A stretch of DNA of 64,000 nucleotides from Camelus ferus (taxonomy: Eukaryota). Under the pieces are notes generated by a model that did no database searches, was not told where the DNA came from, and saw nothing but the letters and a program-made list of their open reading frames with translations. Where the stretch lies: contig NC_045698.1 in assembly GCF_009834535.1 (NCBI RefSeq), forward strand, positions 14,820,001 to 14,884,000, written 5' to 3'. Within the stretch, counting starts at the first letter, position 1; each line of letters opens with the position of its first letter. Shown here one piece after another: positions 52,821 to 64,000 of the stretch. The translations under genes and the position numbers were made by a program.

Positions 52821-53629
52821 AGAAGAGAAAAAAAAACAGTAAATGAAATACAATGCATGTGATGTTTCCCATTGTAATGACATGAAAAAAGGGTAATATT
52901 TCTTGCCTTTGAGAGAATCCTGAGATTTTATCATACACTGCTGCTGTGTGTCTACACATTATCACAACAGATTTTTGGAACTCAGTTTTACGTTGTAGAG
53001 CTTTACATTTATTTCACTCCAAGGAATCTGTTTTGAAATAGGCTTTTATTGATTATAGTTATGGCAGATCTATCATATTAATGAAAAATTGGACATTCAT
53101 GAATGCACTGACAATAAGGAAGAGATGAAGGGCATTTGGCATATCCATGTTTGTAGTACATTTTAGCCTCTTTCAGGCTGCAATGAAGAGAACTAAGCTT
53201 GAGTTACTTGAAACACCACTGAGTCTGAAGATCTACTAGGAAAGGAGAAAGACAGGCATATGAATAGGGCTCAGAATGAATTGAAAGGTGATCTAAAACA
53301 GACAAGAAGGCCTCCCAACTCTGTAACACTGTCCAAGGTTGTGGAAACTCACAGGGACCATCTGGAGCTATTCTGTAGAGTTCTAGAAAGAGGGGTCCAG
53401 CAGGGCAGCAGGCACTGGGGAGCTTCCTAGTAGAAGACAGCATAGCAGGTAAGGAATTCCCTTGCTCTGGTCAGAAAAGGAATTGCATGAGTTGATTAAT
53501 GCAAATTAGACCAAGTGTCACTTATATGAAGTCTACCTCCATATGATGTAAAGAGAAAAATAAAAAAGCCTAATTCTGTTTAGACTGTAAATAGGCTTTT
53601 ATTGATTATAGTTACGGCAATGTAAATAG

Positions 53630-53870
53630 TAGTGGTAAAAATTATAGAAAACGTTTATGGGACATTTAACTCTATGCCAGGAAATGTGCCATCCGTTTCC
53701 ATGGAGGTCATTTCACTTACTCTTACGTCAGTCTGACAAATTTTTGAAATGCTTATATCCATAAGAAATGAGACTTATCAGTGACTTGTCTAAAGTTATG
53801 TATTAGGAAATGGGAGACTCAGAATTCAAACATAAACAGTCTGGCTTCAGAAACTGAGCCCTTCACCTTT
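53630..53870 (-). mobile_element. MIR SINE
   Basis: ctatgccagg...tcatttcacttactctt...gtgacttgtctaaagtt...attcaaacataaacagtctggcttcaga. Confidence 0.7.
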
Positions 53871-56800
53871 ATATGCTGGATATTATCAACTTATTTTTAT
53901 TAGTATTATAATTTAGATATTAAGATAGACAACCTGTATCTTTCCTCCAGAGTCATTCAGTCTGCAGGTCTTTCGGCCATAAAATAGTGATATCTGGAAA
54001 ACATGGACAAGATTTCTTAATTTATCTGTAGCAAATACTCTGTGTGAAAAAGTTCTAATTAACAAATTAATGTAATGTAGGGCAAATGTAACATAAACAA
54101 ACACAAATATAAATAAAGATATATAGAAAAAAAGACTGGAAAGAATAATGCCACCACACTGGCAGTATTGCACTGGCTTGTGGAATGAGCAATATAATTA
54201 CAATAAAATTACATTGGGTAATTTTAATTTTTATTATTATGATTTTATTTTGTTTTCTAAAATAATAAAACCATGTTTATTATAGAAAAATGTGATGTTG
54301 ATTTCAAGAAAAAATGTTGCAAAACATCTGGGAAAATAAAATATGTATAAAAATCAAAGTCTAAATGTCACATTTCACAAAATTTGAAAGTAATCTAACT
54401 TTTATAGCTTTACAGACTGAACATTCAGCATCTTTCATAAACTTTTATTTTTAAGTGTTACAATACGTAAGAAGAAAAGATAACTTGGAAAATGAATTTA
54501 TCAGGCCCAAGATGAATGTTACTTACATTAACTTATTTTTAGAATGACATGATGTGTTATCTTTAGAAATAGGATACAATTTAACATAGTTGCATAACTT
54601 TTATTTACAGAAAATTATTTATTGACACTTCTATTTCTCTGGGATTTTAAGAATTTTCCTTCTTGAATTTATGTTAATTTTCAAAACTGCTAATTTGCCA
54701 TTAAGTTTCAGAAAATTATGAAAAGAGAAATAAAGGTAATATTAACAAAATAAATTAATATAAGAAAACATTAAAAATAATGACTGGCATATAATAAATT
54801 ATAAACATGTTAGCAGTTTTTAAAAATTACTAATAATTATGTTATTTGTATAATTAGTTTTTAGTTTTAGTTTTACTAGTCATAATAATTGTGTTATTAG
54901 TAGTTTAGTCTCCATGCTAATCATCTTACTTGTATTGATTTATTTTCTCTTTATGACAATGTTCTGAATATAAGTTAATATCATAGCCATTTTATTGATG
55001 GATACAATGAGCATTTGAAGTCATTTGCTAAAATTAACAGAGCTGCTTCATTTTATCACTGATAGTCCCAAAATGAGTCTAACTGCAATTCATACACTTT
55101 TTGTTATTATTTGATACTATTTTTGTATGATAGGCTTTTAAAATTGACCAAAAGACTGTTAAATTAGCAGTTAAATACAGCTGCATTTTCTCTTAAAAAT
55201 TTATAAAGTCATTCTATTATTCTTAAAATAGTTAAAATTTTAGTGATGTATATTTCATGTTTTTAAACTAAATTTGTTGATTGACATAATAGCAGATTTT
55301 TCATAATTTAACAGAGCATTTGTTAAAATGATAATGCCTTTACTATTTTTATATGTTAATAACAATTTAACTTAATTTAGTTTGTAAAAACTAATTTCAT
55401 GAAAGAACTTAAGTAAAGGAGTTAAATGCATGCAATCATAATTTTAGGGCATTAAAATTTTGCGGCCTCCTAGAGCCATTCAATTGCAGATCTTTTTCTG
55501 CCGCAAGATGTTCACATCTAGTAAACATGAACACAAGTTCTTAACTTATCTGGAATAAATATTCTATGTGACAAATTCCCCATAAAATTGTGCATATAAG
55601 ACATAAAAAATGAACTAAACCATATTAAATTCAATTTTTGATAGCAGAACATAATTGCATATGCTGCCTTACAGAAACAATTAGTATTTTTCAAAATGGA
55701 ACAGATGAAGTGATACCCAAATGATAGCAAGTACACTGTCTTTTGTACAAAATGGTGTGTAAATTTACTGAGAACATTATATAAATAAGGACATTTCAAG
55801 GCATACATATACTCCTTGGTTTCCCATTGCTACTTATTGGAACTGTCATCTGTGTGTGACCTCATCCAGCCTGAGTGAGGATTTTACTGGCGAGGAAAAT
55901 ACCCCTTCCCTTAGTCATGACTGTTTTCTGTCCCTACCCACCCCTGCCTCACTATTCTGGAGACTGGCTTTGTGCCTGGCTCCCCTTATAAGGTAAAGGT
56001 AACAGGAGTCATACAAATGAACAAAATTCTCAGCACGTTTCTGGCGCAAATGTCCAGTTTCCAGGAGCACCTCTTGGCAGGCTCTGTCTTATGTTCTGTC
56101 TGTGATTCAGGTTTGTCCATTGCTCCTTAGTGTCGACAGTGAAAATCAGTGCAGACTAGCCAAGTTGAACAGTAGGGAGGGATTTGAACGACTGACTCTT
56201 CTTAAATCGTATGAACATGTGCCTGCATTATATAACAAATGAAACTTTGAATAGTCTTCAAGGTGAATCTGGAGCAGAGTGAACTGTTCTAATTCATTTT
56301 TAAGTTCAATGAAATACGAGGAAATTATCTGTGAAGTGAAACGTCTCTGTACTGTCTACTTGAATAAAAAAATGTTAGAAAAATTATTCACTGTTTCTGT
56401 ATGAAAGACACTGTATTCTGTTCATGCTATTAAATGTATGTTGTTCCTCCACATCTCATACCCTAAGTTTACAAGATACATAATGAAACTCATGAAATTA
56501 AAATCCTAAATTGATTTTAATCCTTACTTAATAACTACTACGTCAGCATATCCTTCCTTACCTTCTAAGATTGCTTATTATTGGCAGCATTTCCAAGATA
56601 AACATAAATAACTCTCCAATGAGAATCCTTCAATTCATGAACCATGGGGTCTATGATGTACATTATTTTTTTTAAATCTCCTTTCTTCTGCATGTGGTCT
56701 TTTTTTTAGTAAATTAATGGCAGGGTACAGCTGGATGCTTCTGGAGACTTAATCTTTGATATTGTTAAAGTGTGAACCTGATAAGAAATTAAACCTCATG

Positions 56801-57711
56801 ACCCAATACAGGCTTGTTTGAAGATGTGCATAATTGTAAACATTTAGATGTAATGAGCGGTTAGATTTGGGAAGCAAGTAACTGATCAGAGAGAAGTAAG
56901 TATGACCTTTTATGATGAAATAGCTGACAAATGATAGATTGGTCTATATGGTCTAATCTAGAGAGAGAGAGAGAGCATAGTAGTTAGAACTCAGGCTCTG
57001 CCTGGAACCAGAGACTTGATCCAGAGCAAGCTCTAGTATTTATTCAAATTTTGCCCCATAATCTCCTACTGCCTCAGCTTCTGGAATTGTAAGCTTGTCC
57101 TCCTCAACTCAGTGAAGCCAGAGGTTTCTGCTCACATTGTTCTGCTTCTGAAATTGTTCCAGACAGAAAGCTTGGGTGACGTAGAGCTAATGTTGTTTAT
57201 TTCCTTCCTCCTGGGGAGCATAGTCTTACAGTGTCACGCTCTCAATATTTTGGAGTCAGTAGTTTTATTTTACCCAGTTTTCCTGTGGATTAAAGCCGGA
57301 AGTTAAATCTATTCTTTGTTATTTTATTATGGCCTGAAGAGACATTCTTCTCTTTCTTACTTATTTAAATTTCTCTCTCATTAATTAAAATCTAGGCTAC
57401 CTAAACTCGTAAAGAAACCCTTACTTCTCTCCTCCACTGATGTCACCCTCTTTCATAATCCTGCCCAATGAATGTACATGCTGGGGTAATGGCATTTGAG
57501 CTCCAACAGGCCACCATAATTTTGTTGTTGTTTTTTTTTAAACAATTTCTGAATTATATTTGTGTGACAGGGTCAAACTTCCCTCTTCTTGTTGCCCTAT
57601 TTATTCAGCTTCTTACAGTGGTGATTTCTTGAGCCTGCAGATGGAAATCTTCCACTGAGCTGTCAGGGTTAACATAGAGCAGCGGCCATTCTCCAGGCTG
57701 GACAGATGGGT

Positions 57712-58170
57712 ATTTAAAGCTGCCTGTTTGGCTGCAGCATCAATAAGTGGATTCCCTTTAGCTTCCATCCAGATTTGGAATGCCCTGATACTTTAATAAT
57801 TGCCAGCTTTTGGTAGTAGTATACCATTTAATAACTCTGCAATATGTTTTCTATTTTTTTAATAAGCTGTCCTGAAGATGTTAAACCTCTTGTAGTTTCC
57901 ACAGCATTCCAAAGTCATGTGCTACTCCAACGGCATAATGACTGTCAGTATAAATATTTACTGTCTGATCTTTAGCTGGTTGATGAGCTTGAGGAAAAGC
58001 AATTAATTCAGCTTATTGTGCTTTATTTTTGATGAAAAAGAGCTTTCAGTTATGTCCATTGTGGATGTTACTGCATATCCATCTTGGTAATGCCCCCAAT
58101 CATTCTTTAAGTAGGACCCATCTGTAAACCAAATTAAACCAGCATTATCAAAGGAATTTCTGTTAGTAAA
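57712..58170 (-). pseudogene. pol: Retroviral pol RNase H domain relic
   Basis: Manual translation across frameshifts: IWFTDGSY...GYAV...AQ*AELIA...VNIYTDSHYAVGVAHDFGMLWK...LAIIKVSGHSK...EAKGNPLIDAAAKQAAL. Confidence 0.92.
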
Positions 58171-58636
58171 ATGTAGCTGTGGTCATTTTCTTCCTGTAGC
58201 ACCAGAAGCAAAAGTTGCAGGGTTAAGTTTATTTTTTTGACATAGAACAATTTTAAAATAATAGCTAAAATTATGACTAGTAACATTATACCAGAATATA
58301 TCCCAAATTTAGCAACTTCATATAATCTCCACAACATTTATATTAATATCATTTACCCACACAAAATAACCTAAGAATGTTTAGCACCATTCATTTGACA
58401 ATGCTTTCTATGTAATTAACATACCAAATAAGTCCAACTAAGTTTAATTTCTATCTTTGAGATGTTTTAGATGCCCTCTGGAGTACCCCCAAAGTTATCT
58501 TGAGGTCAAAAGAACTTCATTTTGAATTTGATTTGAGGAAACTTTACAATCTGTTATCAAAAGCAGGTCAACATTTCGAGAAAACTTTGTCACCTAACAG
58601 AAAATCTAATTCTAGTTTTGCACCAGCTTACTTTTA

Positions 58637-58638
58637 GT

Positions 58639-58670
<32 letters not shown>

Positions 58671-58761
58671 TCACTTTTTCCCCCAGTGGAGGTACTGGGG
58701 ATTGAACACAGGACCTGGTGTATGCTAAGCATGCACTCTACCACTGAGCTATACCCACACC
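58637..58761 (-). mobile_element. tRNA-Ala-derived camelid SINE (Vic-1-like) with (CA)n tail and perfect 17-bp TSD
   Basis: Minus strand gggtatagctcagtggtagagtgcatgcttagcat...gttcaatccccagtacctcca (A and B boxes); gcaccagcttactttta at 58620-58636 and 58762-58778. Confidence 0.92.
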
Positions 58762-59207
58762 GCACCAGCTTACTTTTAATATCAAAATTCACTTAATTAA
58801 ATTCATTTCAGTATTAGTCAGTCCTGACCATGTCAAAACTCTTCTCAGAGTTTCTTTTCCACAAACTTTCTACAATTTTCTATATCCGTATTAATTTGTC
58901 ACTTTTTTTTCCCATTTAAAAATAACCAGCTTTGGGACAAAAATCACTTGATTTTCCCCTCAACAAAAAAAATTTCCATTTCTTATACCATCTTTTATGG
59001 AAAACACACACCCTACTTTCCTTGCATGGAAATGTTTCCCTTATAATCTTTAGTAGTTACAATCACATATAATAATCAGAATTTTTAAACTGTTGAAACC
59101 CCAATCTCTAGTGAAAACCAAGCAAGCAATTGTGAACTGTCATATTGCATTTCTTAACTGACAAACTTACGAGTATATTCCATAACCTCTAGACACATAC
59201 ATTTTTC

Positions 59208-59743
59208 TGTTACCCCAAAAGGTGAAGACCCTGGTTCTTGTCATACCGGAAAGACAAGTTTGCAGTTGGGAGATGGTGCACTGTGTAGTGAAAGATTTTA
59301 AAAGATTATTTAAAAAAAGGAAAAGTACATCTCCAAGAACTGGAGGCGGTTGTTCCATGGAAGGAAAGGCATCAGTTTTTGTCTCCCCTTTCTCTTATAC
59401 CCTCGCTTATAGGTAGTCTCTTGATTAATTGATGTCTCTTGTCCCTGGAATGCTTAGTCAATGCTTAGGCCCCTTTGTGCATGTCCTTACCCATAGTGTA
59501 CACGGCAAAACCCATGGAGGGGGCTGAACTGCAATGTTAATTTTAATACAATGAAAATTAGATTCTGTCTGGTTTAAGTCCTCTCTGCCACCACACAGTC
59601 ATGGTTGTCCTGTTTTAACCAGTTTCTTGCTGGTGCTCATTTAGAGGAAGTGAAGTCCCTTTATGCTGAAGGGAGGCATAATGCCATATTCCCTCTCCCG
59701 CACCTTCTCTGCCTGGTGCCCCTACTTACCTAACTACCTAACA
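59208..59743 (-). mobile_element. ERV1 solo LTR nested in the ERV internal region
   Basis: TGTTA...TAACA inverted termini; similar in sequence to the neighbouring LTR at 59832; no TSD seen. Confidence 0.75.
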
Positions 59744-59831
59744 TAACAATATAATTTCTTTACTCAGGTGTCCCATAAAACCAAACATCTTTAGTTTTTC
59801 TCTAATAAGACAAAGTATGCAAACTTAGACT

Positions 59832-60394
59832 TGTTACTGGGAAAAGAGGAATAAGAGTTACCTCGGTTCTTAGTCACCCCCAAAAATGAATTTTTAATGA
59901 GAGACAGAAAGCATGGTATAAACAAGATTTTGTTAGTAAAGTAAAAAGTTAGTAAAATATAATACACTCCTGAGAACTGGGAATGGGCCAATCCAAGAGA
60001 GAAAAATGGCTCCACTCTTTTGTTTCTCCTTTCTTATATCCTGGCATAGGGGCATTTTTGTGACTGATTGATTGATGGCTCAGTTCCTTGTATTCAGGCA
60101 TGCCCATCTCTTTTGTGCAGGTTCTTACCCATGATGCACACAGAAACCTATGGGTGGGGCTCAAGTCACAATGTTAATTACATTATAATGAGCATTGGGT
60201 CAAGTTAATCCCAGTCCTTCTCGCTACTATACAGCCACAGCATTCGATTCTAGCTGGCTTCTTTGTTGGCTTTCAGAGAAAGTCAGTTTTTGGAGCCCCT
60301 TATCCTGAGCGCAGGTGTACTGTTATTTTCTAGGTTACTCCTTTCCCCTGCCTCTCCTCCTGCCTGGTGCTCATTTCTAACTGACTGCCCAACA
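59832..60394 (-). mobile_element. ERV1 solo LTR, 563 bp, with 4-bp TSD GACT
   Basis: TGTT...AACA termini; GACT at 59828-59831 and 60395-60398. Confidence 0.88.
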
Positions 60395-61987
60395 GACTTA
60401 GCAATTAATGATTCAGTATTTTGTTTTATTTGGAAATGATCTCGATATTCAAGGAATTCCCATCATTTAACTTAACATAGCAAAATCAAATTTCAAATGT
60501 CAGAAAGGTTTGGAGAAGCTAATTGAAGTAGATGTACCATAAAGCATAATTATGTTTAAAGAGTTCACTGAAAACATTTATCACATTTACATTTAATTTA
60601 CTTAAAATATCATTGAACCAAATTATTTTTCTTGCAGACAAATTTGTAACAGAGATAATGTGAACTTATTTGATTTTAGTAAACTTAGGTACAGTAAAAG
60701 TTTTATACTTAATGCTGTCAACTCTAAAGATAGACCTATTTAATTAAATCAATAAATGTAAACATATTTCACTCATTAAAGATTAATCCTAGATCACCCG
60801 ACCTTTAAAAAATTCAGGTTGGTTTCTGTTACATTTAGAAATACTTAATTTTTAAGCACTTATATTAAGCCCGTTAAATACAGCTCTTTTACAAACTAGT
60901 TTTGATAATACCATCTGAAGGTAGAGACAAATCATATCTCTAATGTACACATAGACATATAAACATAGACAACCAAAGATCTGATAGCTTCATTTTAAAA
61001 CTTAGTTCATGAACCAGGTATTACAATAGAAACTCACTAGTTTATAAATAAAAGTTGGAATAAATTAAATTTACTTGTTTGAGTTTAAAAATGCCTCTCC
61101 CCTGCACCCCTCCTTTTTCTCCCCCCCAGTTTTGAGTTCTAATGATTGAACAAAAGGCTGTGGTCTCAGGCAATGTGGTCTTTGTTTACTTTTCAAGGAT
61201 ATGACAAGAGCTATAACTTTAAGCTTTCTCCTAGGAGTACTTTTGTTCTCTTAGGGTCAGAATTTTGAAAAGATGTTTCATCAAGCTGGCTTTTTTCCTT
61301 CCCCCTAGCTGTATATGCAAAAACCAGTTTTGGAATGTCAAAAGAGCCCCATCTTGGCCATTTAGGAGTAATCTTTTGTTAAATTTATCTATTTTGTACT
61401 TGCAGTTATCATCTCTATGTGGTACGTGAATCCAGCTATTGTTCTAGTGGGTACCTTCCCGTCCAAGAGGTTTGGAAGCACAGTTTCCCATTTTCTTTTA
61501 GTATCACTTTATTTTAAAGTCTGAACAATTTCTGAGGACTGTGCAGTGGGTCAGATGTGTGCTGATTGTAAACTTAGCTCCTCAAGGCATCACCCTTTAC
61601 ACAGTTCAGCTCTTTTGTGTTTTGGTTTCTCCTCAGTAGTCTAAAACCACAATGGGGACTCAGGGCGATGGATGACCAATTCTTGTGCATGAGTGTCCCG
61701 GGCATGCCATAAATTACTTGAACTGTCATGATGGGGTTCCCTATGGGACCACTAAACATCATGACATTCAGTCCTCCAACACTTCTGCCAGTTTCCCAGT
61801 CACCTGAGAATGCCTTGCAGCTGAAAGGAGCCAGTGTCCCTTCTCTTAGGAGCTGAATAGATTAATCTTCTCATTTTGCTATCAAAGAGTTTGTTCAGAC
61901 TGTAAATATATGTATCTTTCCAATTTTAAGCCAGATTTTAAAAGGTGAGCCAACCCAGTTCATTCCAAAGTTCTTTTTAGGTCTTTC

Positions 61988-62423
61988 TGTTGTCGGAAAA
62001 TAGATTCTTGCCTCAAACAGGAAAGAATTCAAGAGCATGGTGTAGTAAAGTGAAAGCAAGTTTATTTAGAGACACACACTCCATAGACAAGAGTGTGGGC
62101 TGTCTCAAAAGGCAAGAGAGTGACCATGAGGTATGGAGCTGTTAGGTTTTATGAGCTTTGTAATTTTATAAGCTAATGAGTAGGAGGATTATTCCAACTA
62201 CTTTGGGGAAGGGTCAGGGATTTCCAGGAATTGGGCCCGTGCCCACTTTTTGGCCTTTTATGGTCAGCGTAGGAAATGTCATGGCGCCTGTGGGTGTGCC
62301 ATGAGGCTCAAGATCTACTAGAAGTCAAGTTTTCTGCCATCTTGGTTGTAGTCAGTTTGTCCTGTCCTCAGTGCTGTGTCATTCCTTCAATGGTTGTGTC
62401 CTGCCCTCTTCCCTCCTGTCTCA
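61988..62423 (-). mobile_element. ERV1 solo LTR, 436 bp, with 4-bp TSD TTTC
   Basis: TG...CA termini; TTTC at 61984-61987 and 62424-62427; minus-strand AATAAA at 62061-62066. Confidence 0.85.
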
Positions 62424-62720
62424 TTTCCTGCCTAGAAATTCCCCCCGGGTCCCTGCCAAGAAAGTCCTCCCTAGGTCTCTGCCTAGGTAGTTCCCCCTAG
62501 ATCTCTTTTACCCAAGAAAGGCAACAGTACCCCCTTAAGAGTCTTAAGTCTTAAGATAACAGCTCAAATAAAAGTCACAGGCCATCTACTTAAGATAATG
62601 AGGTCCAGATATCAGAAAGAACTTACCAAAGCACCTGAAGTATGCTGTGAAGCTCAAGGAACTTATACAGGGTGCTGGTCCAAAGTAGATTCCAGATGAC
62701 CTCACATGGGTTTCTTTGAC

Positions 62721-62738
62721 ATACTGATGACTACTCCA
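62721..62738 (-). other. Degenerate primer-binding site, tRNA-Ser-like
   Basis: Minus strand TGGAGTAGTCATCAGTAT versus recalled Ser PBS TGGCGTAGTCGGCAGGAT (14/18), 8 bp from the LTR end. Confidence 0.55.
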
Positions 62739-62746
62739 AGCAATAT

Positions 62747-63248
62747 TGATTGAAATAATCAATAAAAACTTTTTAGTAAAATAGAGCAGAGTTTTATTTA
62801 AGCCAAACTGAGGACTACAGTCTGGGAGACAACCTCTCAGAAGGCTCTGAGAAATTACTCTGGAGAAGTATGGTTTTTAGCACATTTTTATGTCTTGTTA
62901 GAACAAAGAGCATCAGAAAGACAATGGTACATTTCTTCAAGTTTTCAAAAAACAAAAAAACAAAAAAGACAAGTTGGCATATGGTCTTGACACCTGGGAA
63001 GGGAGCCTTATCATTGATGGAGTACTAACATTGGCATCCCATAAATGGAGGTGTTTATATCTATCTTCAAAGTATACATTCTTTACTTCTGAACAATGTA
63101 CACTTTTCTTTAGTAGTTAGGGCAAATGTACAATGTGTGTTTGATAGGCTGTGAGACAGGCTGTTCTAGTTAGAGTAAATTCATGCCAAATCATGTATAA
63201 GCCAAAATGGCTTCTCTGTATCTCAATATGTGGAAATTTCTTCCATCA
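62747..63248 (-). mobile_element. 5' LTR of the minus-strand ERV1
   Basis: Inverted termini TGATTGAA / TTCCATCA; minus-strand AATAAA at 62793-62798; adjacent PBS-like motif. Confidence 0.8.
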
Positions 63249-63718
63249 CCACTAACCCCTTACTCTGATTAGTCTAGTCTATGTCAAACTTTGGCATCTA
63301 TGGACCAACTTACAACTAGCTTGTAGAGCACTTAAAGGCAGCACTGTGAATAAGGAACAGACTACTTAAGAAATGCCAACACAGTAGGCTTATTTGGTCA
63401 AGAATTGACATTTTTTAAAGTTGAAATTTATGGCTACTAGTCCTCTGTTCCTGTGATCTTTTCACTCAAATTGTTGTGAACTCATTGTTGGTTTTCATCA
63501 CAAAAGTTCCTTTAAATAGAGATGTTATCTGTGTTCTCAATCTTCTTGAATACATATATTTAATTAAGCTTCTACTTTAGCTTTGAGACATTAATTTTCT
63601 TTCATTTCCATGCTTATCCATAGCTGTCTTAAATGCCAAGAGATTATTTGACTTCTGCAACTCCCAAAACAAATGAAAATGTACAAGTTCTATTCATGTT
63701 TGTCCCTACTTCAGTTTG

Positions 63719-64000
63719 CTCATTCATTCAATAAATGTTGATTGAGTGCTTTATACCTACCATTCATTATTATAGGTGCTGAAGATAGAACAATAAATAA
63801 ATCTAACTTTCTAATGTCTTTGAATACTCATTGGAAGAGTGAGATAATCAATGAACAAATAAATTAAAAAAAGATAATATGTTTTTCAGATAATGAAAAG
63901 TGCAGTGAAGAAAAATAAGATTAATAAAAAAACTAGATAAGATGGACCATCTGGGGATCTCTGGAGATTTGACATATGAGTGAAAACCACCCACAACACA
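63719..64000 (-). mobile_element. L2 LINE 3' end
   Basis: cattcattcaataaatgttgattgagtgc...taggtgctgaagataga is the reverse complement of the L2 tail. Confidence 0.75.

Larger units (their letters stand above)
57560..62746 (-). mobile_element. Decayed ERV1 internal region (MER4-group-like, AT-rich, largely non-coding); no 3' LTR found
   Basis: Runs from the PBS next to the LTR to an RNase H relic; long AT-rich internal sequence typical of non-autonomous MER4-group elements; interrupted by nested insertions. Confidence 0.7.

Noticed and set aside
58685..58761. tRNA-Ala-like sequence
   Set aside because: It has a tail and a TSD and its stems are degenerate, so it is a SINE rather than a tRNA gene
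1..64000. CRISPR arrays, operons or prokaryotic defence systems
   Set aside because: The sequence is mammalian; no regularly spaced repeats or dense coding regions are present

Overview
AT-rich, CpG-depleted mammalian genomic DNA, most likely camelid (Camelus/Vicugna/Lama). This rests on a tRNA-Ala-derived Vic-1-type SINE at 58637-58761 and a camelid-type L1 3' end at 25435-25542, both recognised from memory rather than by search. I found no intact protein-coding gene, and most ORFs in the supplied track look like chance or repeat-derived frames. Much of the window is interspersed repeat: MIR, L2, L1, MaLR/MLT1, MER5/MER45 DNA transposons and ERV1 solo LTRs. It also holds two decayed class-I (ERV1) proviruses. 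The + strand one (about 46.5-48.75 kb) has an LTR, leader and degraded gag MA. The - strand one (about 57.6-63.25 kb) has an LTR, a tRNA-Ser-like PBS, an RNase H relic, three nested solo LTRs and a SINE. The best candidate for something undescribed is the 46.5 kb LTR, which has kept a dense CpG island with TATA, GC-box, YY1, NRF1-like and RFX-like motifs although its gag is decayed. It lacks AATAAA and has splice donors pointing both ways, suggesting an exapted bidirectional promoter for spliced non-coding RNAs. Other notable items are a three-level nest of retrotransposition events that includes a poly(A)-tailed retrocopy, and several orphan exon-like segments that may be relics of a dead or fast-evolving gene. 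Repeat family names are from recall of consensus sequences, and boundaries without a target-site duplication (TSD) are approximate.
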